Origin: Cycas panzhihuaensis
Taxonomy: Eukaryota > Plantae > Cycadophyta
Direction of reading: 5' to 3'
Assembly (NCBI GenBank): GCA_023213395.1
Contig: CM041465.1
Location: forward strand, 96,169,741 to 96,233,740
Length of the DNA: 64,000 nt
Every line of letters begins with the position of its first letter. The stretch's first letter is position 1. Of the stretch, positions 1 to 11,362 are shown in pieces. A model generated the notes under the pieces. The model was not told the origin of the DNA. It did no database searches and saw only the letters and a program-made list of their open reading frames with translations. Both the position numbers and the translations under genes were made by a program.

Positions 1-189
1 TTCTAACCTCTCACTTTTAAATCCATTTTTAACCATAAAACACAAATAAGTAGAGACTTCTTCTTGAAGAGTTAGTAAAAGTGGTTCTAAGGTCCTTGTA
101 GGCTAATATATCTTTCATTGTTATATAGAAATAGAAGAAGCATAAATATATTAAGAGATAATCAACTTAGACCATTTCCAAAGCAACCA
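1..189 (+). repeat. 3' end of the Tat-A 5' LTR
   Basis: Aligns with 39245-39431 and ends in ...aacCA. Confidence 0.9.
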
Positions 190-195
190 TCTTTT

Positions 196-213
196 TGGCG
201 ACCATATTGGGGA
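196..213 (+). promoter_or_regulatory. Tat-A primer binding site (tRNA-Arg type)
   Basis: TGGCGACCATATTGGGGA resembles the Tat/Ogre tRNA-Arg PBS TGGCGACTCCACTGGGGA. The same motif occurs at 57168 and 63330. Confidence 0.8.
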
Positions 214-219
214 GTTGCC

Positions 220-1397
220 TTTTATTTTAATTTCTATGTCATTAGTAATACACTTTTAAACAATAGAGATAACACCATCATCCTAATGAAGAAGATCATT
301 AAGGCTTCAAGGTATTCCACCAAGCTTTGAGTCTCAACACTCTTATCTTACTCAAGAAGTTTCATCAACTCACATAAATCCTTCTAAACATCAAGCATAT
401 GATACTTATTTATATCCATCTAAGGAATCAAACCACTTGTATAAAGTACCCATTGAGAAAACGTACCCTGAAATACCCTCTTAATTTATTCGTAGTATTT
501 CTCTTCCTACCTCTTCTTCTATTCAAGGAGAGTCCCCTCTTTTTCAAGTACCCTTATCATACTTTGAGCTAGTCCTTGTGAGAGTCCATTCTCCTATTCA
601 TATGCCTAATTACCATGATCCTTTCCATCCTAACACTTATACTATGTCTACTTCTCCTTAACATTGTTAATTTAATCTACTTTGTGAGGAGTATGAGTCA
701 ATATAAGTTGAGTCGCCTAGTATACTTAAGGTGAACTAATCTCCTTTTCCATCTCATCCTCATACACCGAGAACTCTTTCTTCTTATTTTAGAAACATTG
801 GAGATAATAGATCTATTCATTCTCAACCTCTTGTTTCACCTCATTTATTACAAGAGTAAGTGCACCCTACTCATGTTGTATCCTTTATACATGAGATACT
901 TATTAAACCTTCTATTCAAAAGAACCCTACTTCTTCTCATGTTTCTATATCTCATTACGTTGGTCCATCCTCTTCTATCCCTTGACTAACATATTTATAT
1001 CCTGGTAAACTAACTTCTTCATGCTATATTACCATTTCAACTTAACCTAAACAACATGTTTCTCATGGAGTTCTTTCTCAAAATATTTGGCTCTCTCTTT
1101 TTACTCTCAAACTATCTAATCTTATTTCATTGTCTAATCCTACTTTGAATGTTCAAGTTGTTCATTCTCATCCTATGATTATTCAATCTCAAATCATTTG
1201 AACAATTAATCTTAGTTCTTCATCTCATATTCTTAGTTCACTTCCTTAATAGATTTCCACCTATGTTTTCTAATTATTATATACCTCAAACTAATTCTAT
1301 AGTTATTCCATCAGATTGGTTTAACCCTTCACAACTTCTTCCTATTTATTCTATTCCTTATGAACAACAACCTACTTCTTCCTTGGTCCTTCATCCA
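220..1397 (+). pseudogene. Tat-A gag, N-terminal Pro/Ser-rich part
   Basis: Follows the PBS, is C/T-rich like the Pro-rich gag N-terminus of Tat-C, and continues at 8667 after Copia-1. Boundaries approximate. Confidence 0.55.
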
Positions 1398-1847
1398 TGT
1401 TAGGAATATTAATGTAATCTTTATGTTCTTTTTAAAGTTTATATTTAAGTCACATGTCTAAATTTATATTTGAGTTATTATAAGGTTTAACTTTAATGTT
1501 TGTTAATTATCTTATGTGAAAGGTGGTTGAAATGCAGAACTACATTTTAACGAACCTTTCGTTGTATAAATTCATCTCCTAGATTCAAGGAGATAGTTCC
1601 GAGAATCTAGGAGGGTTGTCTAAATGCTTTTTATAAGGTTGGTCTAGTGGTCAGGTGGTTTATGTATGTGGTCTTCTATTTTTCTCACTTTGCTTAATAA
1701 AACTACGAATTTAGGAGGTGGTTTTTCTTCCCCAAAAGGGGTTTTCCACCTGTCAAACTGGTGTACATGTGTAGTGTTATCTTGTTACCTGTGTTTGCTT
1801 ATTTTATGATCCTGTGATTACATTGTACATGTGCCCATCTTTCTACA
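1398..1847 (+). repeat. Copia-1 5' LTR
   Basis: Direct repeat of 8212-8661. Confidence 0.97.
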
Positions 1848-1859
1848 TGGTATTAGAGC
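1848..1859 (+). promoter_or_regulatory. Copia-1 PBS (tRNA-iMet)
   Basis: TGGTATTAGAGC versus canonical TGGTATCAGAGC. Confidence 0.95.
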
Positions 1860-1931
1860 ATTCCACTCGAAAACATTTGGTTCAAACTCACTCTTGATCA
1901 CATAACCATGTATCTCTTTGGCCTGTTGCAG
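1851..1931 (-). pseudogene. Captured PLS-class PPR gene fragment (L/S-motif junction), antisense to Copia-1
   Basis: Translates to LQQAKEIHGYVIKSEFEPNVFEWNALI, matching the PLS-PPR pattern L..GKEIHGYVIK.GF..NVFV.NALI. Confidence 0.85.
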
Positions 1932-2030
1932 AAGTAGCTCCCAAAGTATTACTGAAATAAATGACAAAACTAGTAAAAAAAAATTAGGGGTGGTTTGCAA
2001 ATGCTGTAGTAACATTTGATTCAGTAACAC

Positions 2031-2238
2031 TAGATGTTTGATAGCAGTATATAATATCCATCATTCTTGGGATCTATCTAAAAAAGGTGCTCTGCCATAC
2101 TTTTCCTAGTTCTATGTTGCAATGAGTTCTGCAAGCACCTAGTAAGGCTCCCCACACGTTAGAACTAGGTTCTAATAGCATCTTTTATATGAATTCTTCT
2201 GCTTCATTAAGATGTCTAGAGCGTCTAAGAAGGCCAAT
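2031..2238 (-). pseudogene. Captured PLS-class PPR gene fragment (S2/E motifs), antisense to Copia-1
   Basis: GLLRRSRHLNEAEEFI*KMLLEPSSNVWGALLGACRTHCNIELGK, frameshift, then MAEHLF*IDPKNDGYYILLSNI. This fits the DLLGR.G.L.EA..FI..MP.EP...VWGALLGACR.H and E-domain consensus. Confidence 0.92.
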
Positions 2239-2468
2239 GCCAGAACTAGATATAGGGGTGTAGTTCCTTATTGAATGTATGCAGTACCCATGAAGCTTAA
2301 ACCTAACTGTCCAAACTGCCCAACTAGTGCAAAAGGGTTTGTGTACACTAGCATGTGAGGAATGCCTAGAATACCTCATGGAGGACTAAAGAAAGAACCT
2401 ATAAAACCAGAAGTTGGAGCCCCATAGAAGGAGTCTACACATAAGCAGCATTGCTGTCATCCTCCAAT
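2233..2468 (-). pseudogene. Captured fragment of a conserved uncharacterised plant gene (AT3G50370-like), antisense to Copia-1
   Basis: GG*QQCCLCVDSFYGAPTSGFIGSFFSPP*GILGIPHMLVYTNPFALVGQFGQLGLSFMGTAYI resembles the recalled motif WQQCHSGVDSFYGPPAGFTGPFISPPGGIPGVQGPPHMVVYNHFAPVGQFGQVGLSFMGTTYI. The locus assignment is from memory. Confidence 0.75.
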
Positions 2469-3906
2469 AGTGCAGAAAGAGCACCTAGGTTAAGTGGCAA
2501 CCTATCATCATCACCCTCCAAGGAAGAGGAACTTTGAGCCTATAGTCGGAGAAGAGTTGCGAGAAATCCCATGGCCTGACCTGCAAAACCCAATATAAAC
2601 AGCGCGTATGCCACAGATTTAACATTATCCATCTTCCAAATCAGTGAGTAGTGGATACGAAAAGCAGATTCCAAGCCAAAATACATATCAATCTCAGAAT
2701 TTTAAAGAGGGAAACACAACATCGATGGTAGATGAGATGAGTCTGGATAGCAGCTGACATCCTCAAGCCTTCATTCATCCCCCGTACCTTCGATCTCCAT
2801 CTTCATCTTGAGCCAAACCTGCAAATAGAGGAGCGAGTGCCACTACCATGATTGGAATTATTAGGTAGGGTTTCTAACCTACGCCCCCTCCCAGATTTCA
2901 ATTTTTTTTTAATTTCAATTTTCTTTGTTGAATTGAAACCTCTCATCGAGTCTGGTTTAGCATTTTTTAATTTCATTTTTTATTTTATTTTGATTTAATA
3001 AACAATAACCCCCCCTCCCTTATTACATTATATTTTGATTTAATATAAATCCTAATACCCCCTTATCACATTAATAATGTAATCTAATCCCTCCTTATTA
3101 CATTAATCTTAATACTTCCCTTAATTACATTCATAAAATTAATCTAAACCCATCCCTTAAGTTAATGTTTTCATACTTATTTTTTAAATCCCTCTTTTTA
3201 TATTGATTATTATAATAAGCCCTTTCAATTTCTCTTAGTTTCTATCTTGCTTAAGGATTTTTTTTTTTTTTTTGTATAATAAAGCATGTAATCTCACTAC
3301 TTCAATGCATCCTAACCTTTAATTTATGGATAAATCATAAGATTTTTTTATTATCCACATTTTAGGGTTAGATTCTAAGTTTTTAATTCATTAATTATTG
3401 TCTTGTTACCTTTGTGCTTAAGTTAGATTTCTATTAAAATAATGAGTTAAATATTATCACTTTAACACAAGACAACTTTTCATCCAAGTATAAATATTTT
3501 ATTAAGTTTAGCTGAGGGTGCCTTTTTCATATGCACACACTAAATTTCGGAGTTAAATTTCCTAGAAAAAGTTTTTACATACCTACTTATAGTCACAGTT
3601 CTCCATTCATTAAGATATTTTGTAAAATAGTTGGTAAGTGACAATCTTATAACCCTTTATCAAACTTAACACTTAAGGGGGAACCTTTTTTTTTGAAAAA
3701 GGGACTACTTAAGGGGATTCTTTAAGAAATTATTTATCCAAAAACATGAGATTTTCTCTTTAAGTGCAAGTAACGCATACTACAATGCTTTCTTGAACTA
3801 TGCCTATTAAAATATTAATCTGATTATTAATACTTTTAGTTAGTGATTATTTTTTCAAACACCTTCATATTTTTTTAATCTTTAATCAAACTTCATAACT
3901 TCCAAT

Positions 3907-6900
3907 ATGGCATTAATGTCAAGGACAACCACTTGCATTCAAATTCCAATATTAACTAGCTCAAACTATGCCGACTAGAGGAGTCACATATCCCATCAGC
4001 TCAAACAGCAAAAGATATGGCGATATGTTATAGGTGAATTTTAAAAAATAAAAGAAGATGCTACAGAGAGTTATATGGTATATCTGATAAACTTAGATGT
4101 AGTCTTAGGCACAATATTAAACTCACTCTCACCAAAAATCAGTTGGTAGTTTTCTAAAACAGATGACTTGGCCACTATGTGGAAAACCTTGCAAGAAAAA
4201 TATGACAAGATCAATACACATCAAGTGGCTATCCTAGAACAGTAATTGTATGACCTTACTTTTGACGATTTTTCTAATGTTGAGGATTTTTTAAGTAAAA
4301 TTTAATTAATTAATAAAAATCTAGGAAACTACATCAAATCTAAAACTAAAGAAGGTGATACTGAAAAAATAACTACGCATGCTTGAGACGACGATACGCT
4401 CATATGTCTTGCAGAAAACAAATTACCAAAACACTTTAATCTCTATAAAACTGCCAGACAACAAGCTAGAGACCCTCCTATAACATTCAATTAGTTGAAA
4501 AACCAGCTAATTAAACATCAGATAATGTTAATTTAAATAGGCGCAGTAAAAGATCCTTTACAGGTTTTGTTTTCCAAAACTAAGCTACAATTTAAAAACA
4601 AACAACAGAATAATTTTCATAGTAATCCAAAATTTCAGAAACCTTATAGAGATTCACCATCCAATTCATAAAACAATATTAAGTATTTTAGTCCGTCCAA
4701 AAACCAAAATATTTCTAATCAGTCATTTTATAATAGGAACAATGTCACTCTTTCTTAAAATACTAGTTGTGCCTATTGTCATAAAAGAGGCCACACTATT
4801 GATGTCTACAGAAGTATAATAGCTTCAGAAGCATAGAAAGCTTCCAAGGGATTTCAAAATTGACCTCAATTCCATCCTCAATCCCATTCTCAATCATGAC
4901 CTTAAAATCAACAAACTCGTAATCGTTCTTTAGCAGTAATAACTTCTGCGTTTGTTGCCCTTACAAATTAACCACCACAGTGGATCCTTGACTTTGGTGC
5001 ATCCCATCACATGACTGGACACCATAAATATTTAACCACTTATCAATCTGAAATGAACTCTGAAGAAGAGATTTCTTTTAGAAGTGGTACTCAACTTAAA
5101 GTCAAAGGATCAGGTGATGTTATCTTAAAAGATGGTTCAATCAAGGACGTCTTTTACATACCTAGTTTATTACCAAACCTACTCTATATCTATCAAATCT
5201 GCTAGAAAGACCTTGTTATCAAATTCTAGAAAAATAAATTTATCATTAAGGAACCATTAAACAAATTCAGATGTATTGCCTTAGGACCTATTGATCATAA
5301 TACAAGTCTCTATAGTTTAATAAGTCTACAAAATAACAAAACAAAATCTTTTAGTGCCTTTATTGCCAAATCTTACTCAGTCAACAAACTTTGGCATGTA
5401 TGATTTGGCTATACAAGTTATGGAAAACTATAATATTTAAATAAGCATGAAATGGTTCATGGTCTACCACCCTTAAACACTGTTTATGGTGTTTGTGAAG
5501 CCTGTGTGACAAGTAAATAACACATGGATCCATTTCCACATAAAACTCAATTCAGAGCAGCAGTTCTACTTAAACTCATTCACTTTGACATATGTGGACC
5601 CTTTCATATAATATCATACTTAGGTTCTCGTTATTTTATTACATTTATAGATGGTTATTCAAGAAAATGTTAGGTTTATATGCTCAAAATATGTAGTCAA
5701 GTGTTTGATATTTTCATTGAATATAAAATGTTAGTTGAAAATCAATCAAATTCAAAAAGCAAAATTTTTCAATCTGATAATACAAAAGAATATTTAAGTA
5801 GAAAATTTATTTTTTTCTATAAATCACATGGAATTTGATTCTAGCATTCCATTGTATACACACCTTAACAAAATAGTGTTATTGAATACAAAAACCATAC
5901 TCTTGTTAAGATGACTCGTTGCATGTTACATGCAAAGAATCTAGATCTAAATTTATGGGTAGAAGTAATTAACTACTCTAACTATTTATTAAATCGTTTA
6001 CCTAGTAAATGTATACAGAACATTACTCTAAAACAAAAATGGTCTGGAAGAAAACCATCTATCAATCATTTATAAATCTTTGGCAGTATTGTGTAGGGAC
6101 ACATCCCTAAAGAAAAATGTAAAAAATTAGACCCAAAAAATCAAAAATACATCTTCATTGGATACAGCGAAGAGAGTAAAGCTTATAGACTCTTAGATCT
6201 AGTCACACATCAAATTTCTATTTTATGTGATGTAATATTTGATGAAGAAGGATCTTTTTCAACATCTACTTATGTAGAACTTCGTGTTGAAAGTTTGCTA
6301 ACCAACACCTATTTGGTTGAACCATTTGACAAACAAGCTGATCTAAAAGTTATAGAATCCTTCTCAACTCAAGTCCAAAATTGGACTCTATCCGAACCTA
6401 CTGAAATAGATCCTTCCCTTCGGACTAGTTTATTAAATCAACTTATACCTTTAGAAATAGTTCCTAACAAGCAACCTATTTGGGCAATGAAAATACTTGA
6501 TGATGCTGGATCTGACGTAGGTAATCCTACCGATACCAGACGCACGCGTGCCTAAAAATAATGATAAAAATAATGGTAATCCTAACTTTGCCTTAGTGGT
6601 AAAAATAATGGATAGCAATGATCCCAGAACATTTAAACAAGCTAGCAACAATTCTGTATGGCAGGACGCTATACAGACTAAATTTGATGCTTTAATTAAA
6701 AATTTAACTTGGGATCTAGTTCCACTCCCACCTAGGAAAAATGTAGTCGACTGTAAATGGGTCTATAAGACAAAATATAACTCAACAGATGTAATTAAAA
6801 AATATAAAGCTTGCCTAGTTGCAAAAGGTTTTTCACAAATAGATAGCATCGATTATAACGAAACCTTTGCCCCTGTTATAAAAATGAATACAATCAAAAT

Positions 6901-8164
6901 AATTATTACTCTAGTAGCCAAGTTTGGTTGGGAAATCTACCAAATGAATGTTAAGAGTTCTTTCTTAAACAGTGATTTCAAATAAGAGATCTATATATCT
7001 CAGCCACCAGGATTTATTAAAAATCCTAATTTAGTTTGTAAACTTAAGAAATTCACTTATGGCTTAAAACAAGCTCCTTGAGCTTGGTATACCAAAATCA
7101 ACGATTATTTAATTCACATTGGATACACTAGATGCATTAGTGATCCAAATCTTTATTTTAAACATGAAAATGAAAATCTTACTATTCTAATCCTCTATGT
7201 TGATGATATTATCAATAATAGATCATCAATTAATAATATTTATTATTTAAAATCTATTTTAATGAACAAATTTGAAATGACCGATTTAGGTCTATTACAT
7301 TACTTTCTTACTCTACAAGTTTATCAACATCATTCAAATATAACTATATCTCAACCTAAGTATATTCTAGACCTAATTCAGCAGTTTAACATCGAAAATA
7401 CTAAACCCGTATCAAATCCTTTACAATTAAGAGTCAAACTCTCTACTGATTGTTCATCACCTTTATGTGACCCTATATTATATAGACAACTAATTGGTAG
7501 TATTATCTATTTAACTCACACCCGCCCTGACATTTCATATGTTGTCATTTTATATTCCTATTATATGCAACAGCCATACAAATCTCATTGGAAAGCAGAT
7601 AAACTTATCTTATGATATCTAAAGCATACTATTTTTTATGGTTTAACTTATAATTTTTGCAATAAACCTCTAACTCTAACTAGATATACTGATTTCAATT
7701 GGGCAAGTGATATAAATAATTACAAACCTACTTTAGGTTATATATTTTTTATAGATTCCTCACCTATTACTTAGTCTAGTAAGAAAATACAGGCACTATC
7801 TTTATCAACAACTAAAGTTTAATATCGTGCACTTGTTGAAGCTGGTAAAGAAGTACTTTGGCTCAAATCTTTACTAAATGAAATTGGTCTATCACTAAAC
7901 TTTTTCATTGAACTTAAAGTTGATAATCAAGGTGTAATTGCTATAGCTACAAATCTAGTTTCATATTCTAAGACTAAACATATTGAATTACATCAGCATT
8001 CTATTCACAATTTAGTTACTAATAATCTTATTTCTTTGTCTTATTGTCCAACAGATCTATAGATTGCTGACATTCTTATGAATTTTTTAACTGAAGTAAA
8101 GTTTCTAAATCTTAAAGATTTGTTGCAGATAAAAGAAGTCTCCATCAAAGGGGGATCACCGTGA
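3907..8164 (+). pseudogene. Copia-1 gag-pol (gag, Zn knuckle, PR, GAG-pre-integrase, INT, RT, RNase H)
   Basis: CAYCHKRGH knuckle (~4768), WILDFGASHHM protease (~4981), HFDICGP integrase (~5581), RT KWVYKTKY/LYVDD and RH KTKHIEL, in Copia order, with many stops. Confidence 0.95.
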
Positions 8165-8211
8165 TGAAGACTTTCTTTTTCTACAGCATAAAAGTTTACA
8201 TTAAAGGGGGA

Positions 8212-8661
8212 TGTTAGGAATGTTAATGTAATCTTTATGTTCTTTTTAAAGTTTATATTTAAGTCATATGTCTAAATTTGTATTTAAGTTATTATAAGGT
8301 TTAACTTTAATGTTTGTTAATTATCTTATGTGAAAGGTGGTTGAAATATGGAACTACATTTCAACAAATCTTTTATTACGTAAATTCATCTCCTAAATTC
8401 AAGGAGATAGTTCTAAGAATCTAGGAGGGCTGTCTAAATACCTTTTACAAGGCTAGTCTGGTGGTTAGGTGATTTATATATGTGGTCTTCTATTTCTCTC
8501 ACTTTGCTTAATAAAACCACAAATTTATGAGGTGGTTTTTCTTCCCCAAAAGGGGTTTTCCACCTATCAAACTGGTGTACATGTATAGTGTTATCTTGTT
8601 ACCTGTGTTTGCTTATTTTATGATCCTATGATTACATTGTGCATGTGCCCATCTTTCTACA
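8212..8661 (+). repeat. Copia-1 3' LTR
   Basis: Direct repeat of 1398-1847. Confidence 0.97.
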
Positions 8662-8666
8662 ATCCA

Positions 8667-11362
8667 TCACCCTTACCTCAATGTTCTTCAATGTTTAGGC
8701 CAAGGAAACCTTTCTTGGATTATATAAGGTCCCTTTTTCTATAAGAGGTCCTCTCATCTCCTATGCCTTCTTTCCTACCAGAATTTCCTAAGTTTTCAAG
8801 AGATGCTTCTTAAGATATTGCATCCCATATACAAGTATTTACACTTGCGTGCATAGCCTTTATACCATATGATTATGTCATGATGTGTTTATTTCCCAAA
8901 TCACTTTAGGGAAATTCTTTGAAGTGTTTTATCATCTCGCCTTCACTTCCATCTTTTCTTTTCAACAACTAGTCAATTCCTTCATTAATTACTTTGACAT
9001 AGCAAGACCTTTTGAAACTAAAATTAAATCATTGTTGGCCATTAAACAAAACCAAGACAAAACTTCTAGAGATTTTATAAGGTTTTAAGATCAAGTTCAT
9101 ACATGCCATTCTCAATTAGATTTTAATCTTCTTTTTTATTTATTTACTAATGATTTGATCCCCCATGTTTATCTTGAGGTTCTCAAACTAGATCCTCAAA
9201 TGTATAAAGAAGCTATTGATCGATTTAGTATCTTGGAGACCTTTAAAATCTAAGCAGGCATTAAAAAGATTGTAAAATTGGTTCCTTTTAAAGAATTAAT
9301 TCAAACTTCTAGATTCTCTCATTCAAAACCAGCTTATTATTACTTCACCTCCTCAATCAAATTATTAGAGCATGTAATTAATAAAAAATTACACATTAAT
9401 GACTCCACCCCTAATCCTTCTAGTCATGAAGCTAATGTAATTCATCTTACTCAAGGAATGAAGTGTCAAAATCCACTTATACCTCCTCCACCTATGAGGA
9501 AGACTAAATGGTGTTCATACCACTAGATTGATGCTCATGATAGGAGTCAACGTTATATTATTTAATCAATAAACCAAATATCTACAACTCAAACAAATTA
9601 GGCTTCTAAATCTTTTCAAGAGTGATTAATTCATAAATATCCATTGCCTTAACACAAAGATAAATAAGTAAAAGATAAAGTAAAATGAAAGACAAAGCAA
9701 ATAAAGAATGTTGAAGCTGAAAGTTTAGAATCTAATCTCTCAAAGAAACCAATTACTTCCTTTAATCCCGCATCAAAGCATGCCAATAGTAAAACTCACT
9801 CACCTCCCAAAGGTGGAGAAACCAAAAGAACTATCAATATGGTTGAGATTACAAAGAGCTCATGTCTTACCAAATCATTCAATGATTTAATAACCAAAAA
9901 AACTAATTTTTTGCCCCTAGTTCCCCCTCCTCCTATTAAGTTTTAGTTTATTCCCTCTAGATTAAAAGATGGATCATTTTCTTTAGCTAAAAAGTTAAAG
10001 ACTATTCTTATTAGGATATTAGTTATTGACTTGTTGAAGTGTTACCCTAAGTAATGATAGCTCTTATTTGATACATTATAAGTCCCTACTCCTATCGGCT
10101 TATCCAGTTCTACTCTCCCCTTCAACCTAACTACTTTGCCTAATCAAGTTAATCATGTTCCTAATGATATTCCTCCTTTTTATATTAAGATAATTGAGGA
10201 TGACATTAACATCAAATGTGTCATCATTGATTAGGGTTCATTTATTAATGTTATCCCTCTTCACCTTGTTGAATATCTAGAGATTTTGGTCTTTGATCCT
10301 TGTGAGTGGATTTATCAAGGTTATGATAAAAATCAAAAGATTCCTCTCAGCTAAGTAACTTTACCATTAACTTTAAAAAAGTAAAATAGTTTTTACTAAA
10401 TTAATTATCATTGATCTTGATTTAGAATACAATATACTTTTGGGTTAACCATGGATCATGCAAATGGCTCCTATTTATTCTTCACTTTTTAGTAAACTTT
10501 GATTCATTTATGAAGGTGAATTAAAAATTGTTAAATATAAACCTAAGCCAATCAAGTAATTAGTTCCTCTTATTAAAACTATTTCTAAACCTAGTGAATC
10601 TTTAAATTCTTTAGAATATTTCTTTAAATTATTAATCTTAGGATAATATTTTGCCATTGAGAATCCCCCTCCTTAGAGAGAAGAAAAAGGTGTTGATATG
10701 GTTGAAATTGTTCCTTTCAAACCAAGTTCTCTTCTTCTTCCAATCATATTGGTCTTACTCAAGTATCTAAATTTTCTACCTCTTCTTTTCCTTCTTCTAA
10801 GGAAGAAATATTAGATCCTAATCTATCTTATGAAGAACCTCCCATAGTGTAAGAAACCAACTCTAATTTTTCACTTTTAAATCAATATTACCTTTCATAA
10901 TTGTTACATTTGCCGTTAACTAGAGGTGTCTTAGTTTCCTTTGCCATGACTACCTCTCTACCTAAATGAATGATTATGTCTTCATATATTATACCTTTAC
11001 CTATAATAGCCTCTTTTATTTATTTGATTTTCTTCATCACATGGCTTAATAGACATGAAAAGAAACTTCTATTACATAGACATATGGATTTATTATCTAA
11101 TGATGAGGCTTCTTCCTCCTCCACTTCATCTAAACTACTTAAATTCTACCCATAAGAGTTTAAGAAATCAATATAATTTCAATCATTTCCTTTCCTCCTC
11201 ATGACTCTATTGATGCCTATTTTTTACCTCTTATTCAAGTAACTCCTTCTAGACATGACCTCTCTTTTGACCATAATGAGTTTAAGCAAGTTTTCACTTT
11301 AACTTGGAAATTTGTTGATTGGTCTATTCTATTCACCCAAGTTTCTTTAGTTATCAAGCTTA
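8667..11362 (+). pseudogene. Tat-A gag core, Cys/His motif, protease and linker
   Basis: Retrotrans-gag-like FQQLVNSFINYF..IKQNQD, WCSYH..DAHD motif (~9509), protease IKCVIID.GS (~10210) and YNILLG.PW (~10428). Collinear with Tat-C. Confidence 0.85.

Larger units (their letters stand above)
1398..8661 (+). mobile_element. Copia-1: full-length Ty1/Copia LTR retrotransposon, decayed
   Basis: 450-bp LTRs at 1398-1847 and 8212-8661 (TG..CA), perfect TSD ATCCA (1393-1397 and 8662-8666), PBS TGGTATTAGAGC at 1848, PPT aaagggggA at 8203-8211. Confidence 0.97.

Noticed and set aside
196-213. tRNA gene
   Set aside because: Only an 18-nt complement of a tRNA 3' end (a PBS); no cloverleaf.
10970-11155. 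Transmembrane-like peptide in the Tat-A PR-RT linker
   Set aside because: Short, in T-rich decayed DNA, and cannot be told apart from compositional noise.
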